Positions 12,008 to 24,551 of a stretch of DNA of 64,000 nucleotides are shown here, piece after piece (positions within the stretch are counted from its first letter, which is position 1; the number at the start of each line of letters is the position of its first letter). This stretch comes from Lama glama (lineage: Eukaryota), in assembly GCA_028534125.1 (NCBI GenBank), contig CM052832.1, positions 24,120,001 to 24,184,000 on the forward strand, given 5' to 3'. Position numbers and translations under genes: made by a program. The notes under the pieces are model-generated. The model did no database searches. It was not told the origin of the DNA and saw only the letters and a list, made by a program, of their open reading frames with translations.

Positions 12008-12842
12008 AGTGAGGTATCACCTCACACTGGTCAGAATGGCTATCATTAAAAAGTCTACAAATGATAAGTGTTGGAGAGGGTGTGGAGAAAAGGGAACCCC
12101 TTTACACTGTTGGTGGAAATGTAATTTGGTGCAGCCACTATGGAAAACAGTATGGAGATTCCTTAAAATGCTAAAAATAGACTTACCATAGGATCCAGCA
12201 ATCCCACTCATGGACATGTATCTGGAGAAAACTCCAATTCAAAAAGATACACGCATCCCAATGCTCATAGCAGCACTATTTACAATAGCCAAAAGGCATG
12301 AAAGCAACCTAAATGTCCATTGACAGATGACTGGATAAAGAAGTTGTGAGATATATATAATTACTATTCCATTATATATATATATGTATTATATGTATAT
12401 AATATATATGATGGAATACTACTCAGTCATAAAAAAGAGTGAAATAATGTCATTTGCAGCAACGTGGATGGACCTAGAGATTATACTAAGTGAAGTAACT
12501 CAAAGACAAATACCAAGTGATATATCACTTATATGTGGAATCTAAAAAATGACACAAATGAACTTACTTATAAAACAGAAGCAGACTTATAAACAGAAAA
12601 CAAATCTGTTTATTAAAGGCATGGGGTGAAGGATAAATTAGGAATTTGAGATTAGCAGATACAAACTACACAGAATAGATAAATAACAAGGTCTTACTGT
12701 ACAGCACAGGGAAATATATTCAATAGCTTGTAATAACCTACAATGGAAAAGAGTATACATATGTATAACTAAATCACTATACTGTACACCAGAAACTGCA
12801 CAACACTGTAAATCAATTATACTTCAATTAAAAAAAAAGAAA
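12008..12842 (+). mobile_element. 5'-truncated L1 3' end (laurasiatherian-type 3'UTR)
   Basis: ORF2 C-terminus [38 protein letters not shown] (Cys-rich motif); 3'UTR and poly-A. Confidence 0.95.
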
Positions 12843-12899
12843 ATTGGAACCATAGTAACCACGGTCTTGTGCAACCTTTGTACGTGATATCAGCCAGCC

Positions 12900-13070
12900 C
12901 ACATCAGTGCGTATTAGAGCGCTCCCTCCCACTTTGTGCTGGGCACTTGACCACATCACTCATTTAAACTTCACAGCATTGTTAGGGAGGCGCTGTCATT
13001 AGCTGCATCTTACACACGAGTAAGTGAGGCTTAGACTGGTTAAGAAACTCACCCAAGCAGAACCCAGGTT
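12900..13070 (-). mobile_element. MIR SINE
   Basis: 'ctcatttaaacttcacagc...catcttacacacgagtaagtgaggcttagactggttaag'. Confidence 0.65.
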
Positions 13071-13074
13071 CAAA

Positions 13075-13260
13075 ATTGCGAATAGGACAGAATGAGTGAA
13101 ACGCTCTCCTGGGGTACAAAATTTAAGAGAGAGGGAGGTGGCTAAAACTCAGTAATCAAGGTAAATAGTATTTAAATTCAATATTTTTTTTAAAAAAAGT
13201 CTGAATTAATGCAAAAATATCCCTAGTGAACAGATGATCATAATTTTAAATAGGCAGACT
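13075..13260. mobile_element. MER96B-like hAT MITE
   Basis: 'ggggtacaaaatttaag...aaactcagtaatcaaggtaaatagtatttaa...aattaatgcaaaaatatcc'. Confidence 0.6.
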
Positions 13261-13617
13261 GTGAGTGGTTGGCTTTATGACCCTGCACTATTGTGTAACA
13301 GGATCCGTCATTTCCAGTCAGCTCCTGGGTCCCAAGGCTGCAGGACCGTGAGTCCCCACTGGGTTGATGGCCGAGGGTGATGGACAATGGTGCCCAAACA
13401 GACTGGACAGCACAGACTTTCCATATAGTCTTGATTTGATTGTAGAGGTTTTATTAACTTTTCCCTTTGTGTTTAAACTAGGGGAGTGTGTTTTGATGAG
13501 TATATGTAGAGGTCACATTTTTTCCTTTTGCCTCAGTCTGCAATGTGGCTTGCCTCTGGCTGAGCTTTGTCAGATTTCAGAGCCTAGCTTGCAAGTCTAC
13601 TTCTTCCTACCCCCATC

Positions 13618-13780
13618 GCTCTGAATCTTGGCTGCACATTAAAATCACCCGAGGACCCAAGAAAACATCCTCATGCCTGGACCCATCCCCAGAGTCCCCT
13701 TCAATTTGAATGGGGCCTGGCATTGGGTTTGTGGCAAAACTCTCCAGTTCATGCTAATGTGTGGCCAAGGTTGACAATGG
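13618..13780. mobile_element. MER5-family hAT MITE
   Basis: 'cttggctgcacattaaaatcacccgagga...tgcctggacccatccccagag...tgctaatgtgtggccaaggttgac'. Confidence 0.7.
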
Positions 13781-14007
13781 TTTTGCTTCACCTCACTGCC
13801 TCCCTTGAAGGATGGCTGAAGCCTAGCACACAGAATGAAACTCTGAGCTTTCTGTAGGGTGAGGTCAGCTGGAAAACACAGCCTCTTTCAGACTGGAATA
13901 GGAATCATAGAATTTTAGATCTAGGTGGTGCTTTGGGAATCATAGACTATAGAGCCAAAGGGATCTCTCATTCGATTGCCTATTTTACTGAGAAAAAAAC
14001 TGAGGCT

Positions 14008-14415
14008 TATATATGATCTCACATACATGTGGAGTCTTTGAAAAATAAAAAGCTTGATCTCATAGATATAGAAAATAGACCGGTGGTTTACAGAGGTGGG
14101 GTTTAGGGGTTTTGCAAAATGGGTGAAGGTGGTCAAAAGGTACAAACTTATAGTTACAACATAAGTCACAAGGATGTAATGTATAGTACGGTGACAGTAC
14201 CACGTTATACATTTGAAAGTTGCCAAGAGAGTAAATCTTAAAAGTTCTCATCATGAGAAAAAAACGTTGTGATTCTGCACGGTGAGGGATGTTAACTAGA
14301 CCTACGGTGGTGACCACTTTGCGGTAAAAACAAATAGCGAATCTATGTTGTACACTTGAAACTAATATGTATAATGTTATGTGTCAATTATATGTCAATT
14401 TTTATAAAAAGAAAA
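14008..14415 (+). mobile_element. L1MA-like 3'UTR fragment inserted in a MIR
   Basis: 'atgatctcacatacatgtggagtc...gttgccaagagagtaaatcttaaaagttctcatc...ttatgtgtcaattatatgtcaatt'; MIR-like text on both sides. Confidence 0.85.
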
Positions 14416-14659
14416 CAAGCTTAGAGAGGTGAACTCGACTTGGTAATGAGGGGCAGGGAGACAGGAATAGAGGGCTTCTGGAACTCAGCCCAAGCTCTTT
14501 CCAAAGCTCCCATCAGAGAAGATTCTTCATGCTCACCAAAAAAAAAAAAATTGAAGTACCTTCCAAATCTATAGCTTTCTCCCAAATCATAAGAATTATA
14601 GTAAAACTTATCTCTTTAATTCAATGTCTTAAAACATTTTTCAGAACAACTCTGATTAA

Positions 14660-15048
14660 TCTGAACCCCAATTCATAAGGGGACACCGTGCAGGCCAAAT
14701 ATTTTGTTTGATTTGTACAATGTTTTAAAAAGTTGACCCAGCGTTTAAACATGAAACAATGTCACATAAAATTTCAGATACTGTGCTTCTCGAGCCGGCT
14801 TGGAATATTTGGCCCGTGAGCCTGCATTCCTGACGGTAGCAACTGGCCAGGGCTGAGTCACTGCTGCCCATGGTAGGAAGCGGCCACCTCTTCCAGCCGC
14901 CTTCATGACTCTAGGCTGGCTAAATGTCACAGCCAAATGTAAGACGAGAGCTGACATCCCTGAAACGCCAGAATCCCCCACCCTGTCTGTTTCAGGCATT
15001 TGCCTTAACCATTTGGCCGGGGTAGTGTTTTGAGTTAGCAGCTCCTGA
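14660..15048. mobile_element. hAT-Charlie element (MER102/Charlie4-like)
   Basis: 'tcacataaaatttcagat...ggctgagtcactgctgccc...tttgagttagcagctcctg'. Confidence 0.45.
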
Positions 15049-15607
15049 TCACGTGGTCACAGGCTTATCATCCCCCCTACATCGGGGCAGAAAGAACAAT
15101 TTTGGGGCTTCTTACTGAAAGAGCTGCCCAGGCTGGGTGGGGAGGCGGTTTTCCTCAGTGGAGACCTATGAGGGCTCCTCTTCCAAGAGCCCGGGAGAGC
15201 TGGATTGGCTGCTCTCGGGCTTAGCTGTCAGTTATCCCAGCACCACCGACTGTTAGGTATTTTCATTAAAAATCACCGCTCTACGTCGTCAAGGTGTTTC
15301 TTCCTGCTGGCTTGCTTTTCCCTCCCTCTCTTCATCTAAAGTCTACTCGTTCTGGTCCGTGGCTCTGGTCCATGGAGCTCTCTCCCTTCTCAGAAACTCC
15401 TAGGGCACCACGTCAAGAGAGAAACCATATGCTCTTTTGATTTCCCCGGGCCGGAGGATAAGCTCCTTAAGGTTGCTTGCTTGTAATTCCCTTGAATCCT
15501 TCCTAAAACCCAGGACGGTGCTGGACAAACAGGATCTTCACAACAGACCCCCTGTGCTTGTTAACTCAGAATCCCCTCTGCCTCCCTCCGCCCGTCGGAG
15601 CAGGCGA

Positions 15608-15640
15608 TGCAGCTCCCACTTTCGGGCACTAGAGGCCGCT
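15608..15640 (+). promoter_or_regulatory. Candidate bipartite CTCF site in a CpG-enriched patch
   Basis: TGCAGCTCC-N6-CGG-GCACTAGAGGCCGC: upstream module plus a core with two mismatches to CCACTAGAGGGCGC. Confidence 0.45.
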
Positions 15641-16611
15641 CGGCTACACACATCCTGCCCTGCCCAGGTTCCGTGCCGCGCGCAGATTACCCAGCGTCTC
15701 TGGAAGTAGGGCAGGCTCATTTATTTCCTCTCCAACACAGCCTCGGGCCATCAGAGCCTCTTCAGGGTCCCTGCCGTGCACGCTGCAGAATGAAAACACT
15801 GCAAATACGAAAGGTCACTGCACCCGCTCTGCACATTGACTCTTCACCTGAAATCTCTACTTCACTAGCAGCGTCCCAGCTCAGGCTCTAAATATTTTGC
15901 CTGACTCAGTGTTCCAGCAGGAGGGAGAAGAAATCTGTGACGAGTGCGCATGTGTGTGTGTGTATCTACAGATTATCGCGTCAGGTCCGTGGTCCAGCGT
16001 TGTGTCAAGGTAGGTTTCCATCCACCCTCCTCTCCCCGGATTCCCAGGAAGTTTCTGACCAGGGTATGGATGCTTGGACTCTGTTTTGCTTTGGCGACGA
16101 TTGTTCTCTGTGAATAACAAGAATGACCTTTTAAAACAGGCCCTATCAAATTGCTCAGCCTTGAAGCAAAGGCAACAGTCAGGTTTTATTTGAGAGATTT
16201 GATGAGACCACAGCAACAATATGAAGGGAACACAGTAGGTCTGAAAATGGGACAGGTGGGAGGGGAGGAAGTGTAGGTACCTAAGGTGACACTAACCATG
16301 CATGCCCAACTGCCCAGCATGGTGTCACATTAGCATTGCGGACCACCATGCTGACACCGGTTGAGTCAATGATTGTAGAGGCTTGGCAGGTAATAAATTC
16401 ACCACAGAGATTCAAACGGATGTCCAGACGCTGGGAAGAAAGCTTGAAATAGGGAAGGTCTGGACCCCAAAGCCCTAAGCTCAAGCTTTCTGGGCTAGGA
16501 TAACATGTTTCAAGGCCATCTCATTGTTAGCTTCTAAATAGCATTCAGACCTACTGGCAAACTTAAGACCAAATTGTGTATCTACTTCATCTATCAAAAG
16601 GATGTACTTAT

Positions 16612-16810
16612 TAGTAGTAGAGCATCTCTGAAGCTAGACTCTCTAAGCAGGAATCACAGTTCTGATATTTACTGCCTCAATTTTCTCATCTGTAAAATGG
16701 GACTAATAGTAATATCTTCCTCATTGGGTTACCCTGAGGATTAAATGAGTTAATATATGTAAAGTTCTTTAGAATTGTGCCTGGCACATAGTAAGCACAT
16801 ATGGAAATAT
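16612..16810 (+). mobile_element. MIR SINE
   Basis: Core 'gcctcaattttctcatctgtaaaatgggactaatagta...gaggattaaatgagttaat...gtgcctggcacatagtaagcac'. Confidence 0.9.
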
Positions 16811-17062
16811 AAGCTTTTTAAAAACAGTTATCTATTTTGCACAAAGTACACAATAAAGCCCCTCTTTTGCAGGCTTGGCTGTGTTTGGAATGAAAAATGC
16901 CAAAAAAAAACTTCTCCAATTTCTTACCTAAGCAGTGACGATGTCACTTTCAGTTCAACAAGTCTCTCCTTTCCTACACAGTCAAGTTTATAATTATCTT
17001 AAGGGTATTAATTTTCTTTTCATCTCCCCTCCCTTTAAATAGAAGATCTAAAAAAAACTTGG

Positions 17063-19225
17063 ATAAGAGCAAAACCAAGAACTGGTTCTTCAAAAAGATC
17101 AACAAAATTGGCAAACCTTTAGCTAGATTGACTAAGGGGAGAAAAAGAGAGAGGACTCAGATAACTACAGAAATGGAAGAGGGGTCATGACTACCAATTT
17201 TACAGAAATAAAAAGGATTGTAAGAGAATACTGTGACCATTTGTATGCTGAGAAATTGAATAACCTATGTGAAATGGACAAATTCCTAGAAAGACAACCT
17301 ATCAAGACTCAATCATGAAGGAACAGAAAATCTGAACAGACCTGTAACAAGTAAGAAGATTTAATCAGTAGTCAAAAGCCTCCCAATACAGAAAAGCCCG
17401 GGACCAGATGGCTCCTTTGGCAAATTCTACCAAACATTTAAAGAAGAATTACATCAATCCTCCTCCAACTCTTCCAAAAACTGGGGAGGAGGGAACACTC
17501 CCAAGCTCATTTTAGGAGGGCAGCATTACCCTAATACTAGAGCCAGACAAAGACACTACAAGAAAAGCAAACTACAGATCCTGATGAATATTGATGAGAA
17601 AAACTCTTAATACTAAGAAATGGAATTCAACAGCAGACAACACTGTCATGGAGTCAGTACCACCCAAAGTGGTTTACAGGTTCAGTGCAATCCCTATCAA
17701 AACCCTAATGACTTTTTGTGTGTGTGTATGAAGAAATAGAAAAATCTATTCTAAAATACAAATGGAATCTCAAGGGACCCTAAATAACTAAGATAATCTT
17801 GAAAAAGGAAAATGTTGAAGACCTCACATTTTCTGCTTCCAAAATTACTACAAAGCCAAGGTAATCAAAGCAGTGTTATACTGGCATAAAGACAGACATG
17901 CAGACTAGTGAAGTAGAATAAACTGTCATATACATGGACAAATGTTTTTTGTCAAATGTCAAGACCATTCATTGGGCAAAGGGCAGTCTTTTCCAAAAAA
18001 ATGGTCCTGGGAAAACTGGATATCCACATGCTAAAAAATGAAACCAGATCCTTATCTTATACCGTATACAAAATAATTCAAAATAGATCAAAGATCTAAG
18101 CATAAGAGCTAAAACTCTAAAGCTCTTAGAAGATAATATAGGGAAAAATCTTTACAACATTGGATATAGCAGTGATTTTTTGGGGATGTGATACCAAAAG
18201 CTCAGGCAACAACAACAAAAAATAGATAAACTGGACTGCACCAAAATTAAAAACTCTGTGCATCAAAGGGTACAACCCACTGAATGAAAAGGAAATCCAC
18301 AGAATGGGAGAAAATATTTGCAAATTACGTATCTGGTACAGGTTTAGTATCCGGAATATATAAAGAACCCCTACAACTCAATGGCAACCCCAATTTAAAA
18401 ATGGGCAAAGGACTTGATCAGACATTTCTCCGGAAAAGACATGTGGCCAAAAAGCACATGGGGAGATGCTTAACATCACTAATCATTAGGGAACTGCAAA
18501 TCAAAACTACGATGAGATACCACCTCCCACCCATTAGGATGGCTACTATAAAAAACAAAACACAACAGAAAATAACAAGTGTTGGCAAGATTGTGGAGGA
18601 ATTGGAACCCTTGTGCACTGTTAGCAAGATTGTAAAATGATGCAGCTACTATGGAAAACAGTATAGCAATTGCTCAAAAAGTTAACAGTTGAATTATCAT
18701 ATGACCCTGCAATAACATTTCTGGATATGTATACCCAATAGAATTGAAAGCAGTGTTTTAAAGAGATATTTGCACACACGTGTTCATAGCAGCATTACTC
18801 GTAATAACCAACAGGTGGAAACAACCCAAGTATCCATAGATGGATGAATGGATAAGCAAAATGTGGTGTACACATACAATGGAATATTATTCAGCCTTTA
18901 AAAAGAAGGATATGGTAACACATGGATGAATCTTGAGAACATCATGCTAAGTGAAATAAACCAGTCACAAAAGGACTGTGCCTTAGTCACATTCATAGCA
19001 AAAGAAAGCAGAATGGTGGTTACCAGGGGTTGGAGGCAGGGAAGAACAGGAAGTTATTGTTTCCATTCCAGGCAGAGAGTTTCCATTTTGCAAACTGAGA
19101 AGCCCTGGAGATGGATGGTGGTGATGATTCCACAACAGTGAATGTACTTAATGCCACTAAACAGAACACTTAAAAATGGTTCAGATGGTAAAAATGTATG
19201 TGATACGTATTTTGCCACAATGGAA
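17063..19225 (+). mobile_element. L1 (L1MA/MB-like) ORF2 and 3'UTR with RT core deleted
   Basis: Decayed ORF2 peptides ([22 protein letters not shown]...[14 protein letters not shown]); abrupt jump near 17637. Confidence 0.92.
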
Positions 19226-19244
19226 TAACCTGGATAAGAACACA

Positions 19245-20235
19245 TTCAACTATTCATCCATTCAACAACTATTTCCTGCAGACCTGCAATGTGCCAACCT
19301 CTGTTTCAGGTGCTGAGAGGCAGCAGTGAGACAAATACATGGTCCTGCCCTAATAAGGGTTCCATTCTAGTGGAGGAAGGGAGGCAGAGGCAGTAAACAA
19401 GAAAACCAAGAAGCAAACAAGGTAGTTGAGATACCAGTGAGTGCTAAGGGAAATTAACAGGGGGTTAGGATGGCGAATGACTCAGAGGTTTGCGTACGAT
19501 GGGCTGATCAAGCAAAACACATCTGAAAAATGACATGTGAGCCACATTCTAAAAGAGGAAAAGAACTAGACATACAAAGAGCCATAGTAGGGATAAGATT
19601 AGCAACTGCCAAGGTCCCTAGGTAGTAAAGAGCTTGGGAAATCAGAGAATGAAAGACCTGGAGCTGGAGCAGGAAAAATGAGGGAAGAAGGGGGCAGGAT
19701 GAGTTTGGAGAGCTGGGCGATGGCCTCATCATGTGAAGCTTCGTTCATGGGATTAAAGAGTGTTGATTTTATTCTGAAGAGATGCTGTAGATCAGATCTA
19801 AAATGAGTAGGGACCTGATCCAATTTTTGTTTGAAAATGTGGGAGAAAGAGAGAAAGCAAGATGGAAGCAGCAGAGATGGAGTGAGTTGGATGGATTTTA
19901 GAGCTTTTTGAGTTAGAACAGAGGATAGCTGATAGTCTGACAGGGGAGGCTGAGGGAAAGGGAGACATGAATCATTATTTCTAGTTGTTTGGGGCATGAG
20001 TGGATGATGTTGGCATTTATGAAGATGCAGGCTGGGTTAGGAGAAGAGTTTGGTTTTGCACATGTTACATGTAATATGAATATCAAATATCCAAGTGGAG
20101 ATGTCAGATAGGTGTTTGTATATACAAGTTTGGAGTCCAGAAGCATGGCCAGGCCTGGGGACGCAAACCTGGGAGTCATCAGTGTACAGCTACCTAGAGC
20201 CAAAAGCCTGATTGATACTATCCTGGGGAGAGAGT
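19245..20235 (-). mobile_element. L2 LINE 3' ~1 kb
   Basis: Starts with 'ttcatccattcaacaactattt'; minus strand near 20170-20190 encodes LYTDDS (YADD-like RT motif). Confidence 0.85.
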
Positions 20236-20989
20236 GTGTTCTGGACATTTCACATGGCTGTTTGCCTGGAATGGGGCGTATGATTGAGCCCATTAGTAAG
20301 GAAGTCTCACAACACTTTCCCACTGGAAGCAATTTCTTTCTTCTGAATCAGATGGGCAGAACCAGGTTCTACAACACACTGAGGAAGAGGGAGAGCTGGG
20401 GTGGGGCGGTCTCTCTCTCTCTTTTTTTGTTTTTCCATTCCTTCTTCCAAGATTTTATTCATTGAGCAAGTTCTCAGTGAATGCCAAACACACATTAATC
20501 GAACTGCTTTCCTAGCTCCCACTCTGAGTGAAGCACTCTGGGTAGCAATTGTGGGAGGCAGATGAGAGAAATAAAAATGTGATTCTTCCTGTAAGAAATT
20601 GAATACTCAGAATGAAAGGAAGTTCGTTGCAAGAGTGAAATGATCGCAGGTAAGGCGTTACACGTGTTCAATTCAGGAAAGAGAAACCACTTATTTTATT
20701 GGGGAAAAAGATGGATGAGATGAACGAGATGCATAAAAAAATTGTGGAAGGTTTCGAGAGTTCACTCTCAGCGGCCCTTGGGACGGACTCCTTTAGCATT
20801 ACAGAACTGACCACCGGGGAACTAGGCACCAGTGGATCTGTGCGGTCCAAGAGCTCACTCTAACAGCTGCTGTACAGGAATCAGGAAGCTAGAGTCTGGA
20901 AGTGGCCAGGACTCGGCTATTATGGAGATTGTCTCTTGATTCTTGCAAAACTGGAGAATGGGATCTGGAACACAGACCAGCCATGCCTC

Positions 20990-21270
20990 ACCCCATCCCA
21001 CTCCTTCTGCATGTACACACAGCTCTCTCAGTACCCAGGAGAACAGACATGGAATATCGCTGTGCAGATATTTTGCGTCCTCACAGCCCTTTCTGCCACT
21101 TGAAAACAGCCAAAGGTAAAGGAATATGGCCCCTACCACAACGTAGCCTTTCAGATCTAGTAAAAGTTCACCTACTTGTCAGAACCAGTTTCTCGTCCTG
21201 AATCTTGAATACAAAGGCGTCTGAGAAATGTAGTTTTCAGCTTCCTTGCCTCTGAGGTTCAGGGAGGTAC
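20990..21270. mobile_element. MaLR LTR fragment
   Basis: 'gaatcttgaatacaaaggcgtctgagaaatgtagttttcagctt'. Confidence 0.4.
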
Positions 21271-21277
21271 CCTAGGA

Positions 21278-21490
21278 GTGCGCCTCTAGTGGGGACGGTT
21301 TTACCGTGAGGCATTTGGCAATGTCAAGAGACCTCGTTGGTTGTCACAACTGAAGGGTGGGTACTACTAGCATTGGTGGGTAGAGGCCAGGGAATGTCGC
21401 TAAACATCCTACAACACACAAGACAGTGCCCCCCATGACAAAGAATTTCCGGCTCCAAATGTCAATTGTGCTGAGGTTATAGAAATCTTG
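21278..21490 (+). mobile_element. MER20 (hAT-Charlie)
   Basis: 'catttggcaatgtcaagagac...ggttgtcacaact...ggtagaggccaggga...taaacatcctacaa...aaatgtcaattgtgctgaggtt'. Confidence 0.85.
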
Positions 21491-22879
21491 TTATAAAAAG
21501 AGGGTGAAATAGAAATTGACTAAACCCACCCATCGTCTTCAACAACGGTGAAGGACCCAGACTTGTTATACAAATAATTAGTCTCAAAGTGATTTTTATT
21601 TTTATGTGTGTATTTATTTATTTAAAGAATGTCAATTAGGCAGGAGCTGGAGTGGTTCCAGAATTTTTCACGAATGACATGTGGCTGGAATTGCATTCTG
21701 AGGAGGGCGAAGGATTGTATGTGCTGAGACAGGTAAGAAGAGAGGGAAATGAGGCTTGAAGTCAGGAATGAAACGGCATGTTTATCAGATAAAAGGAAGA
21801 TCAGCCTGATGACAGTGGGAAACTGAAGTTATGAAGTTTCGAAATAGGTGTTTAAGCAGGTGGTGTCAGATTGTGAAGTTTTGAACATCTGGCTGAGAAG
21901 TTTGGACTGTAGCATGGTGGGGGCGGAAAGCCTTAGGAATCAGGCAAAATTCTCTTTGAGCCTGACTTCTCCACATCCTTTAGTGAGACCCTGGAAACGC
22001 TTCTTAAGTTTTCCACAGCTGGTGGTACTATTACAGCTGTCTTTGGTTTTTGTAAGATCAGGATAGTACACGGCCCTATTCCTATTTTGACAATACGGAC
22101 CTGTTGGAGACGTATATGTTCCCCAGTTCAAGAAGAAACCAGACAATTCTACAGCCTACAAAGCCAGCCTCTCAGTGCAACCACAGCGCTGGGATAGCTA
22201 GCCTGTTAGTTGAAATCCAGGCAAAATAGTAAATGGAATCATGTTGTATGTATTTTTAAAAATAATACGTCAGTTCCTTTAAATTGTTAAGTAGAATCTG
22301 AGACCAAATTTGTACCTGGTACCAGAGTATGGACTTAACAGTTTGGTGTTTAATGAGAGCAGCTTCTACAAAAGATCCCAAGAGACTTACAGAAAAAGGG
22401 GCAAAGCCCTAATGATAAGAAAATACAACCCATGTTTCTAATGGTTTATACAGCAATTGATTTATACTCCATTTCCCTATTTTTGATACTTAGTGCAGAT
22501 TTAATAAAAGGTAACCATATCTTCTATATGTACAATGCCAGTTATAATTATGCCAACAACAAAAGTGTCAGTTCACCAGAAATTCTGGTGTTTAGGGTTA
22601 GGGCTAGGGTTAGAATATGTTTACTAATTCATTAATAAAGACACTAAGACACTAAGATTGTCTGTGTACGTAGGGTCAGACAAGTATTATATGCTAATTG
22701 AGATTCTATGTACGAGTATGATGCAGTGTTCCCGACTATATTCTTGTTATCCATGTGCAAAGCGATATAGTGATGAGATAATTATGTCAGTCCAATTCAA
22801 AGCTCCCAACACCTGTGTCAACTTACTCATTTATTTTATTTGGGGAGACATGACTTGACTCTGTTTGATAGCAAGCTCA

Positions 22880-24040
22880 CTTTTTCCAAATGTGATCAAA
22901 TAGAAAATTCCCATTTTAAAGTGTAAATTCAGTGACATTTAGTACACTCACAATGCTGTGCAAACATCACCACTATCAACTTCCAGAACATTTGTATCAC
23001 CCGCCCCCAACCCCCCATATTCATTAATCAGTCATTTTCTGTTCCCTCCTACCCTCCAGCCCTGGGCAACCACTAATCTGCTTTCTGTCTCTGTGAATTT
23101 GCCTCTTCTGTACATTTCATATAAGTGGAATTAGAGAATACGTGGACTTTTGGGTCTGGCTTTTTCCACTTAGCATATTTTCAAGGATCATCCGTGAAGT
23201 AGCCTGTGTCAGTATTCATTTCTTTGTATGGCTGAGTGAATTCCATTGTATGGCTAGACCACATTTTGTTTATTAACTCTTGGGTTGATGGACATTTGGG
23301 TTGTGTCCACTGTGGGGCTATTGTAAACAGCACTGCTTAGAACATTGATGTACAGCATTCAAGTTTTTGTTTAAACAACTACTTTTAATTTGGGGGGGGT
23401 GGGTACATAGGAGTGTGGTTGCTGGGTCATAGCGTTGTTCTATGTTGAACTTACTGAAGAACCACCAAATTTTCTTTCCGCAGCAGCTGTACCATTTTAC
23501 CTTCCCACCAGCTAGGAAGCAAGGGTTCCAAATTCTCACGAACGGTTGTTTTTTTCCTTTTTGGGGTTGTTTTTTTGTTTTTGTGTTTTGGTTATAGCCA
23601 TCTTAGTGAGAGTGAAGTGGTATTTCTTGTGGCTTTGATTTGCATTTCCCTAACGCCTAATGGTGTTGAACATCTTTTCACGTGCTTGTTGGCTTTTGGT
23701 CTGTCTTTTTTAGAGAAATGTCCATTCAAGTCCTTTGCTCATTTTTTGAGTTGTTTTTTGTTGCCTTGTAAGAGTTCTTTCTCTCTTCTGAATACTAGAC
23801 TCTTAACAGATAATATGATTTGCAAATATTTTTCTCCCATTCTGTGGGTTGCCTCCTTACTCTCTCAGGGGTAACTTTTTATGCACAAAAGGTTTTCATT
23901 TCAACATTTTCCTTTTGTTACTTGTGCTTGTTAAGAAAACACTGCCAGATCCAAAGTCATTAAAATTTATCCCTCTGTTTTCTTTTAAGAGTTTTATAGT
24001 TTTAGCTCTCATATTTCGGTCTTTGACCCATTGTGAGTCA
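22880..24040 (-). mobile_element. L1 (L1MB-like) 3' ~1.2 kb
   Basis: Antisense 3'UTR and ORF2 C-terminus (minus-strand ORF remnant RYDPATTLLCTHP). Confidence 0.9.
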
Positions 24041-24051
24041 CATTGTCTTTT

Positions 24052-24206
24052 TTTCTTTTTTTTTTATTGAAGTATAGTCAGTTTACAGTGTTGTGTCAAT
24101 TTCTAGTGTACACCATAATGTTTCAGTCATACATATGTTCGTTTTCATGTTCTTTTTCACTATAGGTTGCTACAAGATATTGAATAAAATAGATAAACAA
24201 CAAGTT
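24052..24206 (-). mobile_element. Very short younger L1 3' insertion with 5' inversion
   Basis: Poly-T plus 'tttattgaagtatagtcagtttacagtgttgtg...gatattgaata', then sense 'aaatagataaacaacaag'; TSD tcacattgtctttt / tcacactgtctttt. Confidence 0.85.
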
Positions 24207-24551
24207 TCACACTGTCTTTTGAACCACCTTGCCTTCTGTAAAACTTTAATTCACATGTTGCCCTACCAACCTCTATATCCCAACCTCCTCAAATGAGTGT
24301 TGCCTGCTCAAAACCTTCCTACGATGATCTACTTAGGTCTTCTTTCTCTGGACAGTGCTCCGTTTCTCCAGACATCTCTGTAAAAGGGCCCCCACCAAAA
24401 TCTTCTTTCATCAATCCTCTTCAAATATGTGGCTTTTTGCTGTTGGCCATGGAAAGGCACTGAATTAGCTGATAGGTTCTTAGAATTCAGAATTGCTGAT
24501 CAATGGAAGGTTTTGCCCTTTCCAAGATCTATTACACTTTACTAGTGGACA

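Noticed and set aside
19508..20465. Overlapping ORFs of 74-139 aa
   Set aside because: Lie within or next to an L2 remnant
21278..21295. CTCF-like gcgcctctagtgg
   Set aside because: One base short of the core spacing and located in a decayed MER20 terminus
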